From NCBI GenBank assembly GCA_041659405.1, contig JBAZYK010000005.1:74283-106282 (forward strand): a DNA stretch of 32,000 nucleotides, written 5' to 3'. The notes beneath the pieces are model-generated. The model was not told the DNA's origin. It did no database searches and worked only from the letters and a program-made list of their open reading frames with translations. Position 1 is the first letter of the stretch. Each line of letters opens with the position of its first letter. The position numbers were made by a program, and so were the translations under genes. This DNA is from Candidatus Altimarinota bacterium (lineage in GTDB: Bacteria > Patescibacteriota > Gracilibacteria > UBA1369). Shown piece after piece: positions 8,342 to 16,506 of this stretch.

Positions 8342-9043
8342 TTAATAATGAAAGCGGTAGATTTTGCCGTTTGTTACAGCCGGCTCAGTTACCTTTAATC
8401 CGATGTGGTCGCCTTTTTGGGCGAAGGGAACCGGTTCGCGGTCGATTTGAATTTCTTCCACTTTTTGAAATGACAAAAAGTTTTCGCCGGTAATTGCAAT
8501 CGTGTCGCCTTGTTTAAGCGTTCCGGAAAGCATAATGATGGCAACATTTATTTTGGAAATATATTGCGTAACTGTGCCAACGCAAACCATTTTTGGAGGG
8601 AGATTTGTTGGCTGATGCTCGGGAAAATTTGCATTTTGAGAGTATGAAAAATTTTCCTGTTTTGCAGGCTGGATTGGCTCAATCATTGGCGCATGGACTT
8701 GCCCGTAGGACGGTGCGATATAAGGTTCTAAAAAATCCGGACGATCAAAGATGGAGCTGACCGGTTTTTGATAACTGCTGCCATAAGAATTCTGCTCAAG
8801 TGAGTTTTGATTGAGTGAATTTGAAGTCCGGACTTTGCGCGCTCTTCTAGTTCTAGCTAAGCCAGTTCTGTTAACTGTTTTAGTTTTGATTGGAGCAAGC
8901 GCCCTTTTTGAATTATGTTTTAGGCCGGCCTCTTTGCGATCGAGAGCGGTTAAAATAAGCCTTTGTTTAACTTGCGAAACAATCGCCTTATTGCGCATGA
9001 ATGCGGGAATTTTTAATCGGTCTGGATCGTTTTTATTTTGCAT
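8342..9043 (-). CDS. Basic/Q/N-rich protein with C-terminal domain resembling translation-factor beta-barrel (EF-Tu domain 2-like)
   Basis: C-term CVGTVTQYISKINVAIIMLSGTLKQGDTIAITGENFLSFQKVEEIQIDREPVPFAQKGDHIGLKVTEPAVTNGKIYRF matches the GxVxxYxxKxxVxxVxLxGxLxxGDxIxIxG layout. Confidence 0.6.
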   Translation of the reverse strand: MQNKNDPDRLKIPAFMRNKAIVSQVKQRLILTALDRKEAGLKHNSKRALAPIKTKTVNRTGLARTRRARKVRTSNSLNQNSLEQNSYGSSYQKPVSSIFDRPDFLEPYIAPSYGQVHAPMIEPIQPAKQENFSYSQNANFPEHQPTNLPPKMVCVGTVTQYISKINVAIIMLSGTLKQGDTIAITGENFLSFQKVEEIQIDREPVPFAQKGDHIGLKVTEPAVTNGKIYRFHY

Positions 9044-9187
9044 AAAAAATTAACGAGGGATTTTTCAGCGAATTGTTCTGGTTTGATTATAGGCGCACTT
9101 GTTTTTATGATCAAGATCCTAAAAATGCACCATTTGTTCTGCGCGCCGGAACGTTGTATCCTGTAATCAGCATTTTATTTTGAGTCC

Positions 9188-11047
9188 ATGGACAATCAAA
9201 AAATCGCACAAATTTTTCAGGAGATTGGTGATATTCTTGATATTCAGGGCGAAAATCGATTCAGAGTTTTGGCTTACAATAAAGCTGCGCAGGAAATTGC
9301 CAACTGGCCAAGAGAAATGTCCGATGTTTTAAATGAAAATCCCAAAAAACTGGAAGAAATTCCGGGAATCGGCAAAGATCTGGCGCTAAAAATTGTGGAA
9401 ATGTTAAAAACCGGAAAGTGCCAATATCATGAAGATTTATTGAAAAAATTTGATAAAGGTCTGCTGCAGATTTTGCGTTTGCGGGGTGTCGGTCCCAAAA
9501 AAGTTAAACTTTTTTATTCGTCTCTCCAAATTAATAATATTGAAAAATTGCGCGCGGCGGCAACGGCGGGAATGCTGCGCGATCTTCCGGGAATGGGCGA
9601 AAAAAGCGAACAGGAAATTTTAAAAAGTCTGGAAGAATACGACAAGCACACGGACAGAATGTTGCTTTCTGATGCGATGCACCAGGTTGAGAAAATTATT
9701 GCCTATTTAAAAAAATGTCCGCTGGTGAAGCGAGTTGAGTATGCGGGAAGTTTGCGCAGACGGAAGGAAACAATTGGCGATCTGGATATTTTGGTGGCGA
9801 CAAAAAATCCCGCTAAAGATGCGGAAAAAATCATGGATTATTTTGTGAAATATCCGGAGATGGATAAAGTCATTGGCAAAGGCGAAACCAAGACTTCAAT
9901 TATTTTAAAATCAGGGGTGCAATCCGATTTGCGTGTGCTGGATGAGAAAATTTTTGGAGCGGCGTTGCATTATTTTACAGGATCAAAAGATCACAATATT
10001 GTAATTCGCGATAAGGCAAAAAAAATGGGGCTTAAAATCAGTGAATATGGCGTTTTTAGGTTAGAAAAAGCGCGCGGAGGAAAAGAGCCGCGTGAAATTT
10101 TGATTGGCGGAAAAACGGAAGAAGAAATTTTTAAAGCTGTTGGTCTTCCGTATATAGAGCCGGAAATGCGTGAAAATCGTGGAGAATTCCAGGCTGCGGA
10201 AAAAGGGAAACTCCCAAAATTAATTCGCTATGAAGATTTGCGCGGAGATCTGCACGTACACAGCAAATGGAGTGATGGGGCGTGTTCAATCGAGGAAATT
10301 GCGCGGGCTTATCGTGATGCCGGTTTTGAGTATATCGCGCTGACTGATCATTCCCCTGCCGTGACGGTTGCGCATGGACTGAGCGCGGATAGATTTGAAT
10401 TGCAGTGGGATGAAATTGATGCGATCAATAAAGATTTGGCTAAGGAGGCCGCGGAGTGGGCAAACAATGGAGGTAAAAAGAATACGCTACAGCAAAATAA
10501 CGATGGTAAAGCGTCGTCGGACAAGCCGCCGCTGCCGTTCACTATTTTAAAAGGCGTGGAATGTGACATTAAACCGGATGGAACGATGGATCTGCCGAAC
10601 AGCGTTTTGAAGCATTTTGATGTGGTGGTGGCCTCGATTCATTCGCGTTTTAATATGAGTCTAAAAGAGCAGACCGAACGCGTTTTAAAGGCTTTTAAAA
10701 ATCCTTATGTCACGATTTTTGGACATCCGAGTGGAAGATTAATAAATCAGCGCGAACCTTATGAAATCGATATGGAAGCGGTAATTAACGCGGCCGTGGA
10801 ACACGATATTTGTCTGGAAATTGACGGCCAGCCCGATCGCCTGGATCTGTTTGATTTTTACTGCAAAATGGCCAAAGAAAAAGGCGCAAAATTCACCGTG
10901 GATTCCGATTCGCACCATACCAATCAAATGACTTACTTAAATTTTGCCCTTGCTGTTGCCAAACGCGGCTGGCTGGAAAAAAGCGATGTGATGAACACAA
11001 TGGGCCTGAAAGATTTGAAAAAGTTTTTAATAAAGCGTAAGGGGTGA
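9188..11047 (+). CDS. polX: DNA polymerase/3'-5' exonuclease PolX (family X polymerase with PHP domain)
   Basis: 619-aa ORF. HhH-containing N-term (EEIPGIGKDLALKI), SLRRRKETIGDLDILVAT, and PHP motifs DLHVHSKWSDGACSIEEIA, YIALTDHSPAVTVAHG, TIFGHPSGRLIN, FTVDSDSHH. Confidence 0.93.
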   Translation: MDNQKIAQIFQEIGDILDIQGENRFRVLAYNKAAQEIANWPREMSDVLNENPKKLEEIPGIGKDLALKIVEMLKTGKCQYHEDLLKKFDKGLLQILRLRGVGPKKVKLFYSSLQINNIEKLRAAATAGMLRDLPGMGEKSEQEILKSLEEYDKHTDRMLLSDAMHQVEKIIAYLKKCPLVKRVEYAGSLRRRKETIGDLDILVATKNPAKDAEKIMDYFVKYPEMDKVIGKGETKTSIILKSGVQSDLRVLDEKIFGAALHYFTGSKDHNIVIRDKAKKMGLKISEYGVFRLEKARGGKEPREILIGGKTEEEIFKAVGLPYIEPEMRENRGEFQAAEKGKLPKLIRYEDLRGDLHVHSKWSDGACSIEEIARAYRDAGFEYIALTDHSPAVTVAHGLSADRFELQWDEIDAINKDLAKEAAEWANNGGKKNTLQQNNDGKASSDKPPLPFTILKGVECDIKPDGTMDLPNSVLKHFDVVVASIHSRFNMSLKEQTERVLKAFKNPYVTIFGHPSGRLINQREPYEIDMEAVINAAVEHDICLEIDGQPDRLDLFDFYCKMAKEKGAKFTVDSDSHHTNQMTYLNFALAVAKRGWLEKSDVMNTMGLKDLKKFLIKRKG

Positions 11048-11084
11048 GTGACACTCACCTATGAAAACCCCTGAAACATTCAAC

Positions 11085-11114
11085 TTGCATTATTAACTGT
11101 ATGCGCGTTAGAAT
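11085..11114 (+). promoter_or_regulatory. Putative promoter for the type I RM operon, TTGCAT - 18 bp - TAGAAT
   Basis: TTGCAT 11085-11090, spacer 11091-11108, TAGAAT 11109-11114, 17 nt before the ATG at 11132. Confidence 0.4.
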
Positions 11115-11131
11115 GAGACAGTTTTTTAATT

Positions 11132-12829
11132 TTGAAAAAAATGCGCCAAGAGATTCAAGAAAAACTCAAAAACATGCCTAATTTGCTTTCTATAGGCCAA
11201 GTTTCGGAGATTTTTGCAATCCATCCGGACACGCTTAGGAATTGGGAGAAAGAAGGCATTCTCGTGCCGTTGCGTTTCGGGCCACGCAAAGATCGCAAAT
11301 ACCGACCACAAGATATTGAAGCAATTGTGGATAAGGTCGGCAGCCAACTGACTCTTCCTCAACTCGAAAGATTTTTGTGGAAAAGTGCGGATATTCTTCG
11401 CGGAAAGATCGACAGTTCAGATTATAAAAAATATATTTTTGGGTTACTTTTTTACAAACGCATCAGTGATGTTTGGGATGAGGAACATGAAAAAGTAATG
11501 AGCGAGTTCAATGATGAAAATCTTGCTAAAGCCGATTACAATCACCGTTTTCAGGTTACGGAAGACTGTAAATGGTCGGTCATAACGCAGCAGGCTGAAA
11601 ATATTGGACCAAAACTTAATGAAATTTTTGATAAGCTTACAAATGCCAACAGCCCAAAGCTTGATAAGATTTTTGATGATCTGGATTTTGCCAATAAGGA
11701 CAAATTCCCGAATGAAACACTTCAAAAGCTGATCAACCATTTTTCGCAGTATAGCTTTGCCAGCAATTATATCAGTTCGGATTTGCTTGGTGATGCTTAT
11801 GAATATTTGATCAAACAATTTGCGGCCGATGCCGGCAAAAAAGGTGGTGAATTTTACACCCCGCGTGAAGTTGAACGCGTTATTATCGAGATCCTCAAGC
11901 CAAAAGAAAAAGATCATATTTATGACCCAACAGTTGGCTCCGGCGGTTTTTTGTTGGAGTCTTATCATTATCTTAAAGCAAAGGCTGGCGAAAAAATTGC
12001 TAATACACTTTATCTTTATGGGCAGGAAGCCAATCTTGGAACCTTTGCTATTTCCAAAATCAACATGTTCTTACACGGCCTTGATAGTGCCGATATTCGT
12101 CGAGGTGATACTTTAGCCAATCCTCAATTTTTAGATGACCTTGGGGCTTTGCAAAAGTTTGATATCGTAGTGGCAAACCCGCCGTATTCAATTAAAGAAT
12201 GGGCAACGGATTTTTTTAGAACTAATAAGTTTGGTCGGCTTCAGGGCTACGATATGCCACCTGAAAAGAATGCCGATTATGCATTTATTCTGCATATTTT
12301 GAAATCACTTAAATCAAATGGTCGTGCGGGCGTTGTGCTTCCTCATGGTGTACTTTTTCGTGGTGGCAGTGAAGGAAGAATCCGCGAACAGATCATCAAA
12401 AACGATTTACTGGAATGTGTTATTTCCATGCCTGCAAAACTTTTTTATGGTGTTGGAATTCCGGTTGCAATTTTAATTTTTAATCCCAGTAAACCGGACC
12501 ACAAAAAGAATAAGATTATGTTTATCGAAGCCGAAAAAGATTATCTGGAAGGCAAAAATCAGAATTCACTGCGCAAACAGGATATTGATAAAATCGTTGG
12601 TACTTATGATTCCTGGAAAGACGTTGAAAAAATCGCCCGAATTGTGGATCTGAAAGAAATTGAAGGAAATGAATTCAACCTCAACGTTCGCCGTTACATT
12701 GATACGAGCGTGGAAGAAGAAAAGATCGATGTGGCTGCCGTTTGGCAGGAATTGCAAACCCTTGAACAAGACCGCGAAAAAATTGACCAGCAGGTGGCGA
12801 GTTATCTTAAAGAACTTAAATATTTTTAA
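11132..12829 (+). CDS. hsdM: Type I restriction-modification system methyltransferase subunit (HsdM) with N-terminal MerR-like HTH segment
   Basis: LSIGQVSEIFAIHPDTLRNWEKEGILVPLRFGPRKDRKYRPQDIEAI (MerR-like), then ADILRGKIDSSDYKKYIFGLLFYKRISDVWDEE, GEFYTPREVERVIIEIL, DPTVGSGGFLLESYHYL, VVANPPYSIKEW. Confidence 0.93.
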   Translation: MKKMRQEIQEKLKNMPNLLSIGQVSEIFAIHPDTLRNWEKEGILVPLRFGPRKDRKYRPQDIEAIVDKVGSQLTLPQLERFLWKSADILRGKIDSSDYKKYIFGLLFYKRISDVWDEEHEKVMSEFNDENLAKADYNHRFQVTEDCKWSVITQQAENIGPKLNEIFDKLTNANSPKLDKIFDDLDFANKDKFPNETLQKLINHFSQYSFASNYISSDLLGDAYEYLIKQFAADAGKKGGEFYTPREVERVIIEILKPKEKDHIYDPTVGSGGFLLESYHYLKAKAGEKIANTLYLYGQEANLGTFAISKINMFLHGLDSADIRRGDTLANPQFLDDLGALQKFDIVVANPPYSIKEWATDFFRTNKFGRLQGYDMPPEKNADYAFILHILKSLKSNGRAGVVLPHGVLFRGGSEGRIREQIIKNDLLECVISMPAKLFYGVGIPVAILIFNPSKPDHKKNKIMFIEAEKDYLEGKNQNSLRKQDIDKIVGTYDSWKDVEKIARIVDLKEIEGNEFNLNVRRYIDTSVEEEKIDVAAVWQELQTLEQDREKIDQQVASYLKELKYF

Positions 12830-13456
12830 ATGGCTTATATATTTTTAGATGAAAGTGGAGATCTTGGATTTGGGAAAAAATCATCAAAGTTTTTTGTTAT
12901 AACATTTCTTTTTGTTGAAAATAAAAGAGTTATCGAGAAGGTTGTTTCAAAAACTCATGCAGAACTTAAAAAAATACATCGAACAAAAAGTGGGATACTG
13001 CATTGCTTCCACGAAAAACCGATTACTCGTCAAAGACTTTTAGCAAGAATAGCTCAAAAGAACTGTATGATTATGACTATTTACCTTGAAAAAGAGAAAG
13101 TTTATACAAAATTACCTGATGAAAAAATTGTTCTTTATAATTATGTAGCAAACATCCTCCTTGATCGTATTTTTAGCAAAAAGCTTCATGGTGATCATAA
13201 AGTCATTTTGATAGCTTCCAGAAAAGAAACTAACAAATTTTTAAATGAAAATTTCAAAAATTATCTTTCAAGTCAGATAAAAAATAATCATCAGATTGAT
13301 CTGCAAATAGAAATCAAGACGCCACATGATGAAAAAGCACTGCAAGCTGTCGATTTTATCAGCTGGTCAATTTATAGAAAATACGAATATAAAGATCACA
13401 ATTATTACGATCTTTTTAAAGAAAAAATCGTGGAAGAAAACCCACTGTATAAATAA
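12830..13456 (+). CDS. DUF3800-like domain protein
   Basis: ATG immediately follows the hsdM stop. MAYIFLDESGDLGFGKKSSKFFVITFLFV... and LQAVDFISWSIYRKYEY resemble the D-E-S-G N-terminus and late Asp motif of the DUF3800 family. Confidence 0.7.
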   Translation: MAYIFLDESGDLGFGKKSSKFFVITFLFVENKRVIEKVVSKTHAELKKIHRTKSGILHCFHEKPITRQRLLARIAQKNCMIMTIYLEKEKVYTKLPDEKIVLYNYVANILLDRIFSKKLHGDHKVILIASRKETNKFLNENFKNYLSSQIKNNHQIDLQIEIKTPHDEKALQAVDFISWSIYRKYEYKDHNYYDLFKEKIVEENPLYK

Positions 13457-13592
13457 CAAAACCCCTTATGCTATTTACGAGCAACCATTCCGGAAGCCCA
13501 CATAAGAGGAATTACTTGTTCTGGTAATAGTATAGCGTGGACTATACCTTGCGGTCAATATCTATAACATTATGAAATTATATAAATAAATT

Positions 13593-13757
13593 ATGGATAC
13601 CAATTTAATGCTAATATCTCACAATAAAAAATTTGACGAAATAAAAGTTAAATCAGCCTTTACATTGGGTAGACAAGATGTTGTGGATCATCTTGCTGAT
13701 ATCAGCAAAGTGATCGTGGGGTGGGTACAATTTGTACCTATCCTTGACGCAAAATGA
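13593..13757 (+). CDS. Possible small ORF (54 aa) or remnant, not in the supplied ORF track
   Basis: Uninterrupted ATG-TGA frame: MDTNLMLISHNKKFDEIKVKSAFTLGRQDVVDHLADISKVIVGWVQFVPILDAK. Confidence 0.3.
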   Translation: MDTNLMLISHNKKFDEIKVKSAFTLGRQDVVDHLADISKVIVGWVQFVPILDAK

Positions 13758-13775
13758 GATGTAAATATGGGCTAG

Positions 13776-14228
13776 ATGGTATTATTTGAATCAATTATGG
13801 AATTTAAAAAATTTAAACCTATGAGTATCTACGATGCCGCCAAGGATGCCGCTAAAATCCTACAGGAAGCAGGAAAAATCAATGAATATCAAAAAATTCT
13901 TGATTTGATCGATGATTCATTAAACAAAAGGCATAAGATTGATGAGCTCGAAATGGAAAATCGTGAACTCAAAGAAAAGTTGAAGACCAAAGATGCTTAT
14001 AGCTTCAAAAATAACGCTTATTGGCATAAAGAAACTGGCGATGGCCCTTTTTGTTCAAGATGTTTTGATAAGCATAAGGATTTGATTAGGATTATTCCTG
14101 ATTCTAACAACAGCAGTTGGGCCAAATGCCCTGAATGTAAAAATAGCGTTAATTACACGGGAAAAGAGGTGAAGCCACGAAGTTACAATGTCTCTGGCGA
14201 ACATTTTGATCGATTTTCAGCTATTTAA
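13776..14228 (+). CDS. Coiled-coil plus zinc-ribbon-like protein, unknown function
   Basis: MENRELKEKLKTKDA helical segment followed by GPFCSRCFDKHKDLIRII...WAKCPECKNSV (two CxxC pairs). Start codon uncertain. Confidence 0.65.
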   Translation: MVLFESIMEFKKFKPMSIYDAAKDAAKILQEAGKINEYQKILDLIDDSLNKRHKIDELEMENRELKEKLKTKDAYSFKNNAYWHKETGDGPFCSRCFDKHKDLIRIIPDSNNSSWAKCPECKNSVNYTGKEVKPRSYNVSGEHFDRFSAI

Positions 14229-14230
14229 AT

Positions 14231-14911
14231 TTGTTTATGACAAAAACACCCACACCAAGAAAAACAAGAGATGAATGGCTCAACTTCTGTCAAAGCTATC
14301 TATCATTGGCATTACTTGCCTGCGATGAAATGCTTGCGAAAAAGTATACAGTTAAATTGATGGATGTGGACATTCCAGCATACAGTGTTCCTTCTTTGTT
14401 TTTACCAACTATATATAACATCAAACATGGGCTGGAGGTCTTTCTTAAGACATTAAGAATTATCCTTAACGCCCAGTCTAACCCTAAAGAAGGCAAACAT
14501 AGTAATCTGGAAATTTTTACATTATTAAAAAAAGAAATTGATTCTAAACAAATTCAAAGAGTTATTGAATCAGAATGTAAAAAGAAACCGGATGATACAA
14601 ATCTTAAACTCTTACTGAAAGATCTCGCAAATCTAAGCACTTATGTTGATAAAATAGAAAGCTTAGTCATCAAATATGAACACTGTGAAATAATTAAAAA
14701 CAAAATCCAGACCGATTTTACGATTATTGATGAGGACAACACAGCTTTTCGCTATCCACAAAATAGCCTTCAAATAAAATTAGACTATCATAAAATTTTA
14801 ACAAAAATAACTCCTGAAGATATCCAGGAAATACGGACCGATGCCGAAGCACTTGTAATCAATCTTAACAGTTTAGGGTTCATATTGGATGTTTATAGTC
14901 AGTATAAATAA
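14231..14911 (+). CDS. Hypothetical protein, weakly HEPN-like
   Basis: All-helical-looking sequence with YNIKHGLEVFLKTLRIIL, GKHSNLEIFTLLKKE and FRYPQNS; starts 2 nt after the preceding stop. ATG of MTKTP (two codons downstream of the first) is also possible. Confidence 0.5.
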   Translation: MFMTKTPTPRKTRDEWLNFCQSYLSLALLACDEMLAKKYTVKLMDVDIPAYSVPSLFLPTIYNIKHGLEVFLKTLRIILNAQSNPKEGKHSNLEIFTLLKKEIDSKQIQRVIESECKKKPDDTNLKLLLKDLANLSTYVDKIESLVIKYEHCEIIKNKIQTDFTIIDEDNTAFRYPQNSLQIKLDYHKILTKITPEDIQEIRTDAEALVINLNSLGFILDVYSQYK

Positions 14912-14923
14912 TATCTTAAAAAT

Positions 14924-15335
14924 CATGCTTACACCGTTAAAAATCACACGAGATAAAGGCGTTGATCTGAAAAGGTTAAATAAGCTTAGAAGGCAAGGCT
15001 TAATTAAAATTTATGATGTAAAAATTGAAAATGAAACATCTAAGGTACCTGATAAGATCTTGCCTGTCGGAGTTTGGGGACATACAAAATGGGACGAGTG
15101 TATATGGGGGGATGAGAAGGATAATACCTTTGATAAGACTCTTGAAATTATTGGAAAAGAAAACATCAAGGATGCTATACATTTAGAAGCACATATCCGT
15201 AATAAATTTGACTATTTTGTTACGAATAATCCAAACGATTTTATTAAAAATGGAAAAAGAGAAAAACTAGAGTTGGAATTTCCTATTTTAAAGATTTTAA
15301 CAATAGAGGAATTGGAAAAAATATGTCAGAAATAA
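14924..15335 (+). CDS. Hypothetical protein with PIN-like C-terminal motifs
   Basis: ORF track starts at 14889; the ATG at 14924 avoids overlap (MLTPLKITRDKGVDLKRL...). ENIKDAIHLEAHIRNKFDYFVTNNPNDFI...FPILKILTIEEL resembles the C-terminal half of PIN-like nucleases. Confidence 0.55.
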
Positions 15336-15348
15336 TTTTAAGAAACTT

Positions 15349-16500
15349 ATGAATACTTTGATTCAAAATAAAGATATGCAAAAAACTGTTAAATTTGATC
15401 AGCATATAGTTTTAAACTACGGCTCACCTTTGCCAGCAACAGATAGACTTAAAGGTAATTTCCCTGTTTATGGTTCAAATGGCGTTGTCGGTCATCATGA
15501 TCAATTTTTAATTCAAGGACCAGGGATTATTGTTGGGAGAAAGGGAACTATTGGCGCCGTTGTTTGGTCTGAGTCTAGCTTTTGGCCAATTGATACGACT
15601 TATTATATTACTGCTGATGAATCTGTTGATTTACGATGGCTTTATTACAAGTTACAAACTTTAGGATTACAAAAAATGAATATGGCTGGTGGAGTGCCTG
15701 GTTTAAATAGAAATGAAGTTTATAATTTGAAAATTTCTATTCCTTCAAGACAAGTTCAGCAGAAAATTGCAGAAATTTTGTCAAAAGTTGATGAAGAGAT
15801 CGAAAAGGTCGATCATGCCATAGAAAAAACGGAACAGCTCAAAAATGGCCTGATGCAGGATTTGCTGACGAAAGGCATAGGACACAGCAAATTCAAGAAA
15901 ACTGAGCTGGGGGAGATCCCGGAGGAATGGAAAGTTGTAAAATTAAGAGAAAAAACCGTAGGCATTCAATATGGCTTTACTGAGAGCTCTTCAAATCAAA
16001 ATATTGGACCAAAGTTTTTACGCATTACAGACATTGTTGATGGAAACGTTAATTGGGATTCGGTGCCTTATTGTGAGTGCCCAGAAGAACAAATTAATAA
16101 ATATTTATTAAAAAATGAAGATATTGTATTTGCAAGAACAGGCGCGACTACAGGCAAAAGTTTTTACGTCCAAAATCCACTATTTGCAGTTTTTGCGTCT
16201 TATCTTATTAGGGTTATCTTAGACCAAAAGACAGGTTTTGTTTCAAAATTTGTATATTATTTTTTCCAAAGCGACAAATATTGGAAACAAATTAAATCAT
16301 CCATATCTGGAAGCGCACAAGGAGGGTTTAATGCTTCAAAATTGGGTGATTTAAAACTGCCCTTTCCTCCACTTTCTGAACAGTTACAAATATCATCTAT
16401 TTTATCTTCTATCGATGATAGAATGGCTATAAGCAAAAAAGTTAAATCAAAACTTGGACAGCTTAAGGAAGGGTTAATGCAAAATCTTTTTAATAACTAA
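15349..16500 (+). CDS. hsdS: Type I restriction-modification specificity subunit (HsdS)
   Basis: Two target-recognition-like halves joined by ILSKVDEEIEKVDHAIEKTEQLKNGLMQDLLTKGIG, followed by TELGEIPEEWKVVKL, and ending SILSSIDDRMAISKKVKSKLGQLKEGLMQNLF. Confidence 0.92.
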   Translation: MNTLIQNKDMQKTVKFDQHIVLNYGSPLPATDRLKGNFPVYGSNGVVGHHDQFLIQGPGIIVGRKGTIGAVVWSESSFWPIDTTYYITADESVDLRWLYYKLQTLGLQKMNMAGGVPGLNRNEVYNLKISIPSRQVQQKIAEILSKVDEEIEKVDHAIEKTEQLKNGLMQDLLTKGIGHSKFKKTELGEIPEEWKVVKLREKTVGIQYGFTESSSNQNIGPKFLRITDIVDGNVNWDSVPYCECPEEQINKYLLKNEDIVFARTGATTGKSFYVQNPLFAVFASYLIRVILDQKTGFVSKFVYYFFQSDKYWKQIKSSISGSAQGGFNASKLGDLKLPFPPLSEQLQISSILSSIDDRMAISKKVKSKLGQLKEGLMQNLFNN

Positions 16501-16506
16501 TGTTAA

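Noticed and set aside
11045-11047. UGA recoding (as in some candidate-phylum bacteria)
   Set aside because: TGA serves as a plausible stop at the end of polX and full-length conserved proteins need no TGA readthrough, so the standard bacterial code fits.
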